DNA of 64,000 bases from Macrostomum hystrix (taxonomy: Eukaryota > Animalia > Platyhelminthes): assembly GCA_950097015.1 (NCBI GenBank), contig CATNEN010000030.1:682001-746000 (forward strand), read 5' to 3'. Below the pieces are notes generated by a model, which saw only the letters and a program-made list of their open reading frames with translations, searched no databases and was not told the DNA's origin. Position 1 is the first letter of the stretch, and every line of letters starts with the position of its first letter. The position numbers were made by a program, and so were the translations under genes. This document shows, piece by piece, positions 23,496-37,028 of this stretch.

Positions 23496-26400
23496 TCACA
23501 CCTCGGTCGCATCGAATGCTCGATCAGCGCCATGGTTGGCAATGACGCATCGGTTGCTAAGCAGCAGAGGCGGCCTGACGACGTTGCTAGAGCTGCGCGA
23601 CCGAAATTCGAAGCAATCGCTACGGTGAGCTCCTGAGCGATGTCGACGATGAAAGCTACGACGGTAGAAACGGTCTGCTTGACCGAAGCCAAAGTCGACT
23701 TCAAAATCGTCAGCCACTCGGAGGCCTGCCTCGTCTTGCGCGGCGTTGACAACGTTGAACGATGCCGACACACGACGGAGAAGCAGCCAGATTGCGTCGC
23801 GATACGATGGCGGCGGCGGCTGCGCCAACTGCGGCCTGGGCATGCCGACGGCTTCGTTGTAGCTAGGCGGGCTGCTGCTTCGGCGCTGACGCCGCTCACC
23901 AGATTGCCAGGCCGAGACTGAATCGCGACGACACCAGCAGCCGAGATTGTCCAATGCGCTGATACTGCCTAAGCGTTTGAAGTCGTGAAATTTATCGCCA
24001 ATGTGACTTTCACCATTGTAGCATCGAAAAAAGCACATTGACTGTATGGTCTTCTTTGGAAGTAATTCTGAACGTTGAAATCTGATGGCCAGATCGCGAA
24101 GTTTAGAAAGTACTTGGGCTGAGGTTGATTTAACCAGGGTTTCCCCAAGGACGAACTACCAAATCAACTTTCTATGCAATTTCGAGTTTTCGTATTTTAA
24201 ACGAATTGGATTTCGGTGAGGAATTCCGAGTGTATGGATTTTTCCTTCTCTAAATTTCCATTTGATTGACTATTAGTCAGGCTCGGTTTGACCACGTAAC
24301 GATCGGACCAAGGGACAAAATCATTTGAAAGCATTCACCATCAGCATCTGGCAGCAGCAGCAGGTGACCAAAGGCCTTTTGCACGTGGCAGTGAGCCGTA
24401 GCCAGTCGGCACTGAATGACCATTCTTAATGGCCAGGACAGAAGCATCAGAGCAGAAACGGCGTACACCCAGTGGCTCAGGAACCAGGGCTGACGATTGA
24501 GCGGTCTGGACAATGCGATTACATAATCGGGGCAGCGGACTCTCAACAGGTCGTAGCCCTCGCGAGTCTCAGCGTAGTCGTCGAAACCTTCATGGCTGCG
24601 ATAGAATGCGGCACGTTGGCTGTTGAACATGGCCTCGGCCTCCGGGCACAGGAATGAGCAGCCCTGCGTAGCAGGATTCGTTACAGATGAAATGCGCTTA
24701 ACAGACTACTTAAAGTGGGGCCTTAATGTAAACTCGCAATGCAAACAATTCCGTGTGCTTGAAAGAAACTTTGAGCTTCAAAAACATTCGCATCGTGCTG
24801 TGGGGCGGTGGGCTTTCGCACTTAATTTGGTGTTCAATTTTTTATTTGACCTCGACGCAGATTTTGGCTCAGGAACTTTGGTGCGAGATTCCGTGACGCA
24901 ACTCAACGTCCCGAATGATCACGCCGAAATGGCGTCCAAGCATCGTTTGGCTGAGCGATGCTGCGCACGCTGCCTTTCAGAAAAGACGTCGACTAGGTTC
25001 GTGTCATCCTCCAATCAAAAGCTTTACCGATACTGGGGTATTGAGAGACCAGCGACAGTGAGCAGAACACTATAGTGGTGCAAGTATTTGTGATAAGTGA
25101 TTGCGAAGAGACAAACCTTAATAGTAATATTAATTGCAGGAGAGCTGCGGGCAATGGCACATCATTTAATGACACTAGACCCGCAGCTAGCGAGGAGGCA
25201 CTTTTGCCCATTTCGCTGACTCCTGAGCACACACACAGATACTGAACGCAGGCACACGCAGGCATCGAGCTTTGGGACCTTGGCGCGAGAGGAAAACGCG
25301 GTTAAGTTGGTACCACTCACAGCCAAATTACTAAAGCTTAAACAAACCTTTGTAAAGTGCACTCTGGTGGCGGGGAACCGATCCAGGCCCCAGAGCCGGT
25401 AACTGGTGTCCACGCAGCCGCAGGCCGCGAAGTTGAAGGCACCGGCGGCCGTCCTAGTGGTCACCCTATGGTAGAGCGACTGTTGACCGGTGGCACTTGC
25501 ACCGCCGTCCTCTCCGCCGCAGCTGCGGGCCGCAATGTACCGCCTGTGCACAGTCTGGCCAGTGCGCTGGCCCCGGCGGACATAGTGATAGGCCGACACC
25601 TTCCACCACAGGAGCGGCAGCGCTGCGCGCATGCGGTCCAGCAGCTGGTAGACGCGCGACACCGGAGCCTTGCATGGGGATTTGAGGATCGAGCATTAGT
25701 CACAATTTTTCTTTCAATTTGACAGTTTCCATGTCTCTAGTTCAACGTAGAACAGCAGAGAAATCGAATACTGGATCGTTTATATTTTCTTAAAGCTGAA
25801 TAAAAAATAAACATTTATTACGCCTGGTTCCTATTTGGTCAGATGTGCTGCACAGGCCAGCTCAGCCGCAGTGGAGTCGGGAATCGAGCCCCGGACCTTC
25901 AAGTCATGAGATTCGACGCAACAACCCGCTCGCTCACTTTCTTTAAGCTCACTTTGAGCACTTTGAGCTCAGAGAAGCACTTCCGACTGTACATCTGTTG
26001 CTCTCACTTTCGTCTCGTTTCGCTTGCTCCATTTGGTGAAATTGTCATTTTAGAAATTTGTGATGGGATGGGACAGTAGAAGTTAAGGGAGGAAGGGACC
26101 ACGGGTCACACCAAACCGACAATTTGCATGCCATTTGCATTGCGTCTCAGACAGACTCAGCTGATGGGTTCCACTAAGCTCAGAAAGTTTGGCATTTGAG
26201 CATCCCTCCCTCAGATCCAGAGGCGACTTTCATGAGAACATGCTCACGCCATGACTGTAATTCGATCAAGCTAGGTTGGTACGGAGAGCGAATTGGCGAA
26301 ATTCATTTTACAAAGGGACTATACGAAATTCGATACTCAGACGTCGTCGCTAAGTTATTATCCATTCGATCAGTTATATTCCTGTCGAAGTTCATTCTAC

Positions 26401-27507
26401 ACTCAAATATGTTTCTATAGTATATGGTTACGCGTTAGTGGCGTTGCCAGGACCTTTCTTTTGGGGGCCGCATCTGGGGGTTGCCACTAAAAGGGGCACC
26501 ATACAATTATAATAAGATTAATAATAATAATACTAAGAATAATTGCAGGAGGGCTGGGGGCAATGACCAACATCATTTGATGAAAGGTCCAGCGAGAATG
26601 GAATTCAGTTCATTTCGCTGACTCCTGAGCACACACGCACACAGATACCGTACGTAGACACGCTCACATCTACATCGTACATCGTACTTCTGCCGTGACT
26701 TTCTCATCGTCAGGTAGTGTACACATTTACTGTGCCTTGTAGGCTGACCATTAAGGGTGTAAATTGCACGAAACTTCTAGCTCAACTGGATAAAAATGAG
26801 AACAAAAAAAATAATTGCAGGAGGGCTGCGGGCAATGGCACATCATTTGGTGACACTAGACCCGCAGCCAGCGAGGTGGCAATTCTGCCCATTTCGCTGA
26901 CTCCTGAGCACACACGCACACAGATACTGTACGCAGGCACACGCTCACACAGTTGTGTACATCCGCCCTGACTTTCTCATCGTCAGGCAGTGTTTCATTT
27001 TACTGTGCCTTTGAGGTTGGCTCCCAAGTGCGTAAATTGCACGACAAGCCCCCAAGCTTTCTCTCCGCGGCTGCGCCCCAAATGAATGTGGTCTCGCCAC
27101 GGAATTGAACTTAGGGACCTTGGTGCGGGAGGCAAACGCGTTAACCGCTCTGCCACCGACCCCCTCGCCCAACTGGTTACTCATAGTTTTTATATATTCA
27201 CTCAAAATTTCCTAGATACAAGCAAATCTCTCACCCTGTGCCAAATCTGCATCCTTGAGTGACTGCTCCAGCACTCGAGCAGGTAAGCCAGGTAAAGCAG
27301 GGTGGCTAGTCCTGCCGGGGCGTACAGTCGGCCTCTGTCGCACCGACGCTCACCGTAGCTTGCAGCAGTTGCGGCTGCCACTCCGACAACCAGAGCGCGA
27401 CACCAGGCGATGACAGCTAGGCAGGCGGCTACGGCGATGGTCAGGCAGAAGCACTTCCAGTGACTGTCGTGCCGCACCGACTGCCACAGGGTGCGCCGGC
27501 GAGGCCG
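23496..27507 (-). CDS. TMEM151: TMEM151 family transmembrane protein; first short coding exon not identified
   Basis: Phase-consistent exons 27507-27235, 25668-25348, 24663-24339, 23917-23496. Motifs SHWKCFCLT, LLYLAYLLECW, WWKVSAYHYVRR, EGFDDYAETREG and LLSWPLRMV correspond to recalled TMEM151A/B sequence. Confidence 0.9.
25130..25303 (-). mobile_element. SINE family 1 copy with internal deletion
   Basis: 3' body joined directly to the tRNA head; the central region including the hairpin is missing. Confidence 0.8.
26541..26773 (-). mobile_element. SINE family 1, diverged 5'-truncated copy
   Basis: Matches the 3' two-thirds of the family, including GACTTTCTCATCGTCAGG. Confidence 0.8.
26812..27156 (-). 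mobile_element. SINE family 1, full length
   Basis: Reverse complement of head, body, hairpin and tail; in tandem with the previous copy. Confidence 0.9.
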
Positions 27508-30500
27508 CTTAAGTGAAAGCGCAGACTATTAAAAAAACTCAAACACATTTGGTGGTGCGGTTTCATAACACGAGCTACACATGCAGAATATGCAGAGTAA
27601 CATTTGACGGACATTGTCCGAAAACGGTTCATTCTTTGTCGAATAAAATCGGACAAAGTCGGGTTAAACGAAGGGTCACGTGACCCTTTGATTGTATTAT
27701 ATTTACTACATAACACTTTATACTATTATTTTCACTTTGCTAGTCAGAATCACTCGTATATATCCACAAATATATGTACATCACTCGGAGATAACTCGGG
27801 ATTAGGAAATCCTTGAATTCGTATGAGAATATGGGAGAAATCTGCTTCTTTCTCCTAATTTTCTCCGATTTTATCCGAAACGTTTTTTTCTCCGACTTTT
27901 CCAGACATTTCACGACAAATGTGCGGCATTCTCGGATATACGAGTGCTCGATCTAGTCCGACGAATGTCAGTGAAACATTAAATTCTTGACGGAGAATAT
28001 CGCAGAAAGTCGGATAACTTTTTCAACGGGAGATCAGAGTCTAAGAATACATTTTAGTTCGTTTATCTAATACTTTTATAGCCTCCGGGATCAATCTAAT
28101 ACTCGTGCTGCAAATTGGGACTCAAATAAGTTCTCTGGCTTCCTCACTAGCTTTGCTGCCATGCAGCAACAATTCGATTAGGTGATCGGAAAGGAGCTAG
28201 CTATAAGGCTACTAAATCGTTGGTTGGTTATCGTTTCGTTCATCCCTTTTCTATTTGAGTTTATCTTCCTGAGTGTGCTGAATCTTTCGGAGTGATCGCG
28301 GGGTGTAAAATAGACCTTAATAGAGGACTTGGACGGTAAAAATTGAGTTACGCCGAGAGTAAAGTGTTTTGCGCTACAGCTAATACAGATCGAGTTTATG
28401 GCGTCATTGAAGAGTTTTTTTCAGCATCAGAACCTTTCAATAACGGATAATACGTGTATCCATGCAAATTGTGCTTGGGTCATAACATTCGATCATATTA
28501 CGATTTCTTTTTCTATTATTAGCGCATATAAATGGTGTAGTAGCAGCCTATACAGCAAGAGCTCGTTGCCATCATCTTGCTACGGTCGACTTTGGTCAGT
28601 GATTTCTAAACGAGAAGGCAGTGCTAACCCTTACATATGCTTTCTTTAGGAAGACTTCGCCGTAGTTTTTCTGGAGCTGAGGCATCGTACATTGACATGC
28701 AAAGTATATATAATTAGGTAAACAAATGGGTTTGTATTCAGATGCTATACTGATGTTACTTTACAGTTTCTCTCATTTAGAAAAAAAAACAACTGTATTC
28801 GGTCATACGGTTTTCGCTTACAACTTCCACGGTGACGACTTCGTCCATTCAGAAAATTGACGCAAATTCGCTAAAAATATTTTTTTAGAATAATGCGGTA
28901 TACTATAGCTATACGGTTCAGTTCTTCCAATTAATCAATGTATCTAAAGCTGTAAGAGAGCACTAGTTTTATTTTTAACTTATATGCAAAGGCGTGTTTA
29001 TTTTGAATACTCATGGGCTACGTTCTATTGGCTGGAGAAGTTGTCAAAGTTATCTGATTGGTTGCTATACGCACGAGTAATATATAACAGACGTAAAGGA
29101 TCGATCATTATTAGTCAGATTAGTAAACCTTATAGCAAAATATTTTTGCCCTTTTCTCTAGTCTGTGGCGCTTCCTTGTAAAAAACGCATAAGTAAATAG
29201 TAAAATATCATAAACTATTATTTATCGTGCTATTTTTTCTATCGTGTTGTAGCCCAATTCAGCGGCAATAGATACAAAACAAGGGAGCTTTCACAAATTT
29301 ATTTTGGATTAAAAAATGTAGTGAAACCCCCAATTAAATTTTTAACGATGGTGGATTTAAATATAAAATAAGTTTGCTTTTATTTAAATGAGATAAAAAA
29401 TTAAATGAATATTACTACATATGCCGGGTTAACAAGCGTGCAAAATTGTATAACAATAACAAATTAAAGCAGACACTTAAGCCAGGCATTAAAAAAAGTA
29501 ACACATTATACGTTTGTTTATAATATTTGTTTAAAGTTAAAAAATATATATTAAAAGCGGAGAATTTTTGCCTAACAAGAAACAGAATTAAAAGCTAAAA
29601 AATGAAAGTTTTTTATATGGTACTTCAATTTAGAGCCGGCTAGACTAGACAATAAACGCATGGCATATTTACTATTGTGAATTGATACGTTTTAAAATCT
29701 AATTAGGCCTAGCTTGAGTTTTCAAGTGGAGTTATAGCGTCTAGTTATATATAGGCTGCCTTGGCCTGCATGACATACAGCTTAAAAGTCACTAAAAGTT
29801 GCCTTTAAATTTTAAAGGTAAGTAATAACTATCAATAAATCAATATGCTTATTAATCGCGCAAATCGTTGCAAGAACTCATGAAGAAATCAAATCGTCAC
29901 AAAGCATGTTTGTAGTTTAGCAGTTGCTACTGCTAGTTTTGTTGTACTCGAATACCCGAAATGGAGACTAAAAATAGTAAGCGCTGCTACTGTAGTTAGC
30001 TAGCTTCTACTCTAGCTCTGGAAATTCCTTCAGTTACAATAGCGCCTAATAAGGGACAAAATTTATATCTATAACCATCAGATACGAAACAGTGGCACAC
30101 TGGCAAACACCTTTTATTTACTGCTTGTATGTTATTTTGTATAAAAAATATGAATACAGGACAGTTCGGTAGGCCTAACAGACAGTTCGTTAACAGACAG
30201 TTCGGTAACACACTGGGGACAGTTCGGTAACAATTGATATAATGGCTAAAAATATGTATAGCTAAACCTATATTATATGTATTTATTTTGAGCATTAAAC
30301 TTTTATGAGTTCTTATACTAATAAAAATATAGTGTGAAATGTTTTTGTTATTAATACACATGTGTACATGAATCTGTGGTTGCTTAGAATTCCCTATTGT
30401 TGCATAGGAGGCAGGACAATTTTGGTAGGCCTAGCAGACATTTCGGTAGGCCTAACAAGACAGGTACATTTCAGTAACATGCTGAAACATTTTAGTAACC

Positions 30501-31421
30501 AGCAATCAAGCATCCAATGTGCCACCATAAATTTGAAGTATCCCCTCATATACCAGAATCATGGTTGCCTCTTGTATAACATGTAACTACATATTGTAAG
30601 CCAAAGATCAATGTGCTTGCAATCTTTAGAAATTAGATAGATACACTGAAAGATGTTAATGGAATGTCTCTAAATGTTAACAAAATGACTGAATTGTCTA
30701 GTGCAAAATTTTCCTTAGGTCATTGCAAATAGGGGTCTATGCAGACAGTATCTTGCATTTCAATAAAATCTATTTGGCATACTTATAGCCCATAGTCACA
30801 AAGGGGGCCTCTGCTATGCCATGGAAAACTAACACAAGCTAGGACTGGCTCAAACCTATGTCTAATCCTAGACAATTGTTAATCATTAGCATTGCAACCC
30901 TGAATTAGTCCAGAATCAAGGTCATGTAGGCCTAGTATAGTTTTACCTAAAAATGGAGTGCATGGTTGGTGTGCACTCGCATTATATGCTCCCAAACAAT
31001 AATCTATTATTATGATCTATAGGCTAGAGACTATCAACATTTAGACTTTATATAAAACATAAAAAATTCTGGCATGCAATAAACTTCATAAAATTTGAAA
31101 GCATGCTGTCTAGCTTTATTAATACTTATTTGATATGTGCCCACCATAATCCAGACTTTAGAATTAGACCCACTTGGTAGACATATAAACTAGAATTCAA
31201 AGATCTACTATTTATTATTTAAGTAGAGCTATAGACAAAAGTTCAAATGTACTTTACAAAATACAAAAAGTAATTTTATATTAGCCTAATTAATATTTTT
31301 CATTCCATATCTGGCTATTATTATTATTAGGCAGTTGTTATTTGTCCAGGTTAACTAGACAAATAGCCATTTGATTAATCGACCTGTTAAGTAAGTTATA
31401 ACTTATAACTAAGTTATAAGG

Positions 31422-31780
31422 TGTCGTTTTGACAATCAACTAAGTTAGTATAGTTTGGTAGATATATAGTTTATTTGGTGGCAGTGGAAGCAAATGTAAG
31501 GCAGATAGAAAGGAAACTTGGACACGCTTGAGGGGTGCAAAACTAATAGAACCTGTAACTGAGAGGAGGTCTTGAACATAGACATAAAAGTTGTAGACGC
31601 AAAGCAAGAGGCCACAGACATAAATAAGGTTAGCTGCAACTAATGCGTTAAGGGAGACTAAAAGTACATGAAAACGTAAGACGAAGGCGAAGGTCTAAAA
31701 GAGGCAAAGAATTGGAGGATTATAATCCGACAGGTTCGGGGGGCACAAATGACACAAACATTGGAAGATTAATTCTGACA
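31422..31780 (-). mobile_element. 3' LTR of a BEL/Pao retrotransposon (about 359 bp)
   Basis: Minus strand begins TGTCAG right after CCGCCCCCCGGAAAA (PPT position), ends ...AAAACGACA, contains AATAAA; TGTC...GACA termini. Confidence 0.7.
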
Positions 31781-32051
31781 TTTTCCGGGGGGGCGGAGGA
31801 CAACAGGCAAAACTGAGTTCACGACGAGAAATAGTTAGCCGACGGGTGGTCGGATGAACTTCTGGAGCGGTTAAAGCATTAAACATAGTATATTGGGCAA
31901 CATATTCGTCACAGTAGTAAATTTGAGAGGCATTAGTCACCTCACAGATGCCATCACAAATCGCCTGGCAGCGAAAAGCGTGAAGATAGCTTGCGGAGAG
32001 GTCGTCGGCGGTGCCGGCCGCTTCGGTGGCGCTAGCTGACGAGCCGGCGGA

Positions 32052-33974
32052 CTAGCCGGCGGATGAGCTGGTGGACGAGCCGGGTAGACCCGCCGCCAGA
32101 ATGATGGGCTGTGCAGCGCCGGTGTCGCACTCGAGCGGGACGAGGTGGGCAACGGATCGGCAGACCTCGTGGCCAGAAGCGGTGCGGATGGTGACGTACC
32201 GGATGATGCCAGCGGGATCCGGGTGCAGTTGGAGGATGCGGCACAGCTTCCATGTCGCTCTGGGCGTCGGTTCGGCAAGGAGGCAGACCTGGCCGATGTG
32301 GAACTCACTGGCGTGCTGGCGGTGGCGGCCCCGCTCTTGAAGATAGACAGAACGGAGGTGATTGAGGTACTCTCGGTTCCACCGGTCCCAGAAAGCATTA
32401 AGGATGGTGTCGCGGCGGCGATGAAGAGCTCGAAGATGGTCCGCCGCGGAGGTGCCGGCTGGCAGAAAGGTGTCGTCGTTGACTGGAAGGAGCAGGTGAG
32501 GGCCAACCCCGAGGAGATGAGGCGGAGTCAGCGGTGATGGATCTGCCGGGTCATTGGAGACGGTTGTCAGTGGCCTGCAGTTCAGTATGGCCTCGATCTT
32601 GACGAGGAGAGTGTGCAGCTCTTCATCGGATATACGCTTGCGCCAGAGGGCAGGACGAAGGCTGGACTTGGTGAGGGCGACGAGCCGCTCGACTGCCCCT
32701 TGATGCCAGGGAGCTTGGACTGGCGCGAACTTAAACACGAGGGGTCGCGCTGCAGCCAGCGGCCGAAGGTCGGCATGAAGCTTCTTCTGGAAAGCGGTGG
32801 CGATGTGGCTCTCCACGAACTTGCCGGCGGCTTGGAAGGTGGTGGCCTGGTCGAGGTAGACAGCACATTTGGTGAGACCGCGGCAGCACCAGAAGCGCTC
32901 GAAGGCATGGAGTACAGCATCGGCGGAGTAGTCGTAGAGGGTCTCGATGTGGAGAGCTCTTGTCGTGCAGCAGGTGACGAGCAGGGCCCAGCGCTTGGTG
33001 GAGAGTCAAAGCTTGCGGTCGTAGGTGAAGACGGGCCCGAGCTGGTCGACGAGCACGGAGGCGAAGGGACCAGCTTCAGCATCGAGTCGCTCCTTGGGTA
33101 GCTGGCCATGTCCTGGTGGTGCACGGGTTGAGCCTTTGGCGAGGCGGCACTGGATGCAGTTTGAGAGTGCTTCACAGACTGTCAGTAGGCCTTTCGGCAC
33201 CCAGTATTTGTCGCGAAGCATTGCGAGGACGGTTGAGGCACCAGCGTGGCTGCTTTGTCGGTGGAGGAGCAGGGCAAGCAGCCGGGTCAGGCAGTGGCCA
33301 GGTGGCAGCAGGAGCGGGTACTTGGAGTCTTTGTCCATGGAAGCATTGGCAAAGCGACTACCCAAGCGAATGAGGCTGTCACAGAGATGAAGGTCCAGCT
33401 GGGCAATGATCCTCTCGGATTTAGGTCGGCCGGACTCGAGGGCCCGGATGACAGCACCGTAGCACTCAGTCTGGGCTGATCGAATCCAAAGAAGCAAGGC
33501 CACCTGACGCTCAGCGTGGGAAGGCGGGAAGTCCTTCGAGAATGGCCGGTGCAGCATGAAGGCCTTCAGACGGAGGAGGTAGCAGGTGACACCAAGAATG
33601 CGTTCTAGCCGGTCAGAGCGTCTGAGTCTCAGTTGGCCAGGCGTCGTGTGGGTGGTGGATCCCGCAGCGAGTAGAGTGGCGACGGATGCTGTAGCCGTCT
33701 TACTGGTCGGAACACCGTCCAAAAGACGAGGATCAGGCATTGCAGCGGTCCAGGTAGGCCACTTGGTGAATGGCTCCTTGAGGAAGGCAGGTCCCTCGTA
33801 GTAGTTGGACTGTTGCAGTTGAGCAAAGCTGAGCGGCTTTGTGCAGTGGTCGGCAGGGTTCGCGGCTGTGGGCACGTAGCGGTAGTCACGGGTGACATCG
33901 GAGTCGAGGATCTGCTGAACGCGACGTGACTCATAGGCACGGAGCTTTGTCCCGTTGGCAAGCCAGTAGAGCAC
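32052..33974 (-). mobile_element. BEL/Pao pol remnant (RNase H C-part plus integrase), 5'-truncated, one in-frame stop at 33006-33008
   Basis: VLYWL...YVPTAANPADHCT (RNase H); H-x3-HAG...LRDKYW...C-x2-C zinc finger; DDE candidates VLVDQLG / YLDQATTF / PWHQGAVERLV; C-terminal FWDRWNREYL, WKLCRILQLHP, RSVAHLVPLE. ORFs 33974-33006 and 32816-32052 are in the same frame (189 nt apart). Confidence 0.93.
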
Positions 33975-34783
33975 GATTATTATTATTATTTACCTTATTA
34001 CTACCTTATTATTAACTAATACCAGAGCTATTCTTTCAATACAGGTTTTTTTCATCAGTAATAAATAGTAATCCTTTTATATATTACAAACAAAATAACA
34101 TTGCTGTATAAGTAAATTATATATTACTATTGCCTTTTTTAATTTGCAGTTAGATAAAATCATGTTTCATTACATGTTAGTTTTGATTGGTTATTAACCT
34201 TTGTCTTAAGTCTTGCATTGTACGTCATATTATGATGTGGCTATACATGGTTTTCAAGTTTGCTTTAGAATTAGAATCTAGGCCAAGTAATATTATATAT
34301 TACAAGCAATACCAATACAAATTACATACCTACCTTCTTTTGTATTTTTGTATTTCTAGAATTAGTATTTAGTATTTAATATTTAGTATTATTTTAATTA
34401 TTTAGCATATAATATTACTAAGGGTTTTGATTATCAACTTAGTTGTTTTTATCACAAGTACTAGAGGAAAAGCAATGTGTCCTGCATTTTTTAAAGTTTA
34501 ACATCTCAAGTTGTTGTATTTCTAATTCTAAAGCATCTTCGAATAGTTCTTTTGCTAACAGTTAAATACAAAAAAGTGGTTGAAACCTAAACAGCCTGAA
34601 TAATAGATTAAATATGCACATTATTTTTTTTTAAATTCAGCTATGGCGTGCCTTATATTGGCACCTATATGTTGATATGTTTAGTAAATTGATTTTATAT
34701 TTAATGTTTCAGTGACAAGCAACTGCCAGAAAAGGCCAAGTGCCTTCTGTTACACCAGACGTCTCAGCTTTAGTGAAGGCGTT

Positions 34784-37028
34784 ATGACAGGCAGCTTCGA
34801 TGCCAATTTTGTCACAGCGAGGGCTGCTGGCTCCTCTGCGGGTGCTGCCTCGATTGCCAAACTGGAGGCGGCAAAATTGAATTTCGGCCTACACAACTGG
34901 ACCCAGGAGGAGTTGAAAGTTGTCGCCGAGGTCCTAGAAGACTCTCATCTGGCCGGCGCGCGCACTATATGGATGCGCCTGCTGCGTCAACTGCCTGACA
35001 CCAAAAAGAGGCCTCGCGATATTGAAACTCTGTTAGAACGGATAGCAAAATACACTTGTAGAAGCCGGCCAAGCGATGCGTCTAGTTCGACAGCCGCCGT
35101 AGATGCCGACAGCGCCAACTCAATGGACGCGTTTCTATGCCTGCTAGACGATCTGGTTCCAGGTGGTCTCGACTTCTCCACTGAACTAGCCGACATTATC
35201 ATTGAATCGGCCAGCAAAGCCTCCGGCCAACTAGCCGAAGTCTACCTGTTCTTGGCCAGTTTGATAGATGGCCGGCCCAACTCTGGCCTGAACCGGCTGT
35301 CTTCGTCTACTTGTCGCCGCCTGCTGAGCATGCTCACTAATCTGCTGCCGGCTGCCCGGTCTGCCACTGAGCAGACCGATTACCTGTACCGCCTGCTAGG
35401 CCTGGCGCACACTTCCGCTAGCCTGCCCCGGGCCACTGTGTTTCGCGACCGACTTCAGAGCCTACTCAAAATGCCGCTTAGCACCAGGACAGAGCCGCCG
35501 GGTTCGTCTGGCGCCGGGAACAGCGTGGCCACACCGTTTGAAACCTGGCTGCGGAATCGCTTCGCCATCCTAGAGGACTACGCCTGCCTATAGCATCAAT
35601 CCGTTGAATTTGCCGGATGACCTTTTGGTAAAGTTTCCCGGCTCCTCTTCCACTGAAGAATTTCAACTGGCAAACGCTGGCCAAGAGGCTGGCGAAGATT
35701 TCATGCAGCGCTACTTGAGCAGCCGAGCCAGCCTATCACGCGAGCTTCAGGTGCGCGTCTTCTGTGAGTCCGAGTCGGACGACGAAAAGCTTTATAAACG
35801 CCTGGCTACAAAGGTGGTAGTTGCCACGTCGACTGCTCAGCAGCGCAAGTGCCAAGGTAAAAAGAAGGCAATTAGAAAGCCAAATTCAGCGACTGCCAAG
35901 CGGAAGCCAGCCAACAATCGTGCAGTGAGACTGCAGTCGGGTCAGTCGGCCTCCAAGCGCGGCCGAAAGCGTCAAAGAAACGATTCGAAATTTAATGTAG
36001 AATCCGAGTCCGAGGCACATGTTCTCCCAGGTGAAGACTCAATCCTCAGTTTAGATGGATCAGCTGATAGTCCATTGGTTCGTCAATCGAAATTGCGCCG
36101 TGTTCCAACTGTGCAGCCGCCAAAAAGGATTAAAAAACAAATTGAACCTTCTGATCAGAGGCGTCAGACAAGCAGCGATTGCCGCTCGTCTGGAGTTGAG
36201 ATATCGACTGCTGAGCAGCGATTAACAGAGCCGCAGGTGCAGGTGGATCAGGTTACCATAGTTGATCTGAACTTGAAGACTGTAACTCTGCCTGGTACAC
36301 TGCCAGCTCAATATCTTGCTGAAGACTCGGAGCCTGTTGCAGCCGATGTGTCCTGTATAGATGGCACTGCGTCTATGTCTACGCGAACAGTGACGTCAAC
36401 GGCTACGCCAATGGCGACAACTATAGCTAAAAGTGCAGCTACAAGCCGACAGTCGCTACCATCTGCAGTGCCAAAGACATCTCAAGCAGCCAACCAATCA
36501 ATGGACAATTCCTCAGCGTCCGGCAAAGAGAATGGCACTAAAGTTACTAAAGTTTTGGTCGATCCGTTTAAAGTGAATCTGAAAAAGTTTTTTCCGGAGC
36601 GCACCACCCGGTATAATAAAGTTGATAGCAATGCTCCGGTCAATTCAAATTACAAGTCACCGCGTAAGATTATTTATCCGATAGCGGCTCAGCAGCAGCA
36701 GCCTTCGAAAACTACTACACCTAAGGCTGCCGCTTCAGCATCCAAACCGATAACTGACGAGCAGCAGCGGCTACAGCGCGAACTGTTGAGTTCGAAGCCA
36801 CAAATGCGGCGGGGTCGAACTCTCACGTACGTCGGCGACAACACTCGCGCTGGCGAATTGTCCTCCGTGCGCAACATGCTTCATGGCGGCTTCGTGAAAC
36901 GCATCGGGCCAGAGGTTATTCTTTTCACTACGCCAACCCGGCACCGCTTAGCAACCGTTGCTACGTCGGCTTCGGACGCCAATTCTACGACAACCGTTGT
37001 CAATGTTGCAAAGCCCGGCGTCGATTAG
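34784..37028 (+). CDS. SNAPC2 (SNAP45)-like protein with a long low-complexity C-terminal extension; +1 frameshift near 35574-35590
   Basis: N-terminal Myb/SANT-like NWTQEELK...RPRDIETLL; middle LAEVYLFLASLIDG...LSSSTCRRLLSML; immediately after the frameshift SINPLNLPDDLL. These match, in order, recalled SNAPC2 motifs (WSAREK; FEKIYKYLSS...LSAAESAVVLDLL; LNPFLVPLELL). Needs an HMM check. Confidence 0.5.

Noticed and set aside
27600-31400. Short ORFs in AT-rich intergenic DNA (also 43700-46950 and 54300-56100)
   Set aside because: No domain similarity and non-coding composition.
32071-33961. Overlapping + strand and alternative-frame ORFs over the retrotransposon
   Set aside because: Shadow ORFs of GC-rich pol sequence; only one minus frame has domain motifs.
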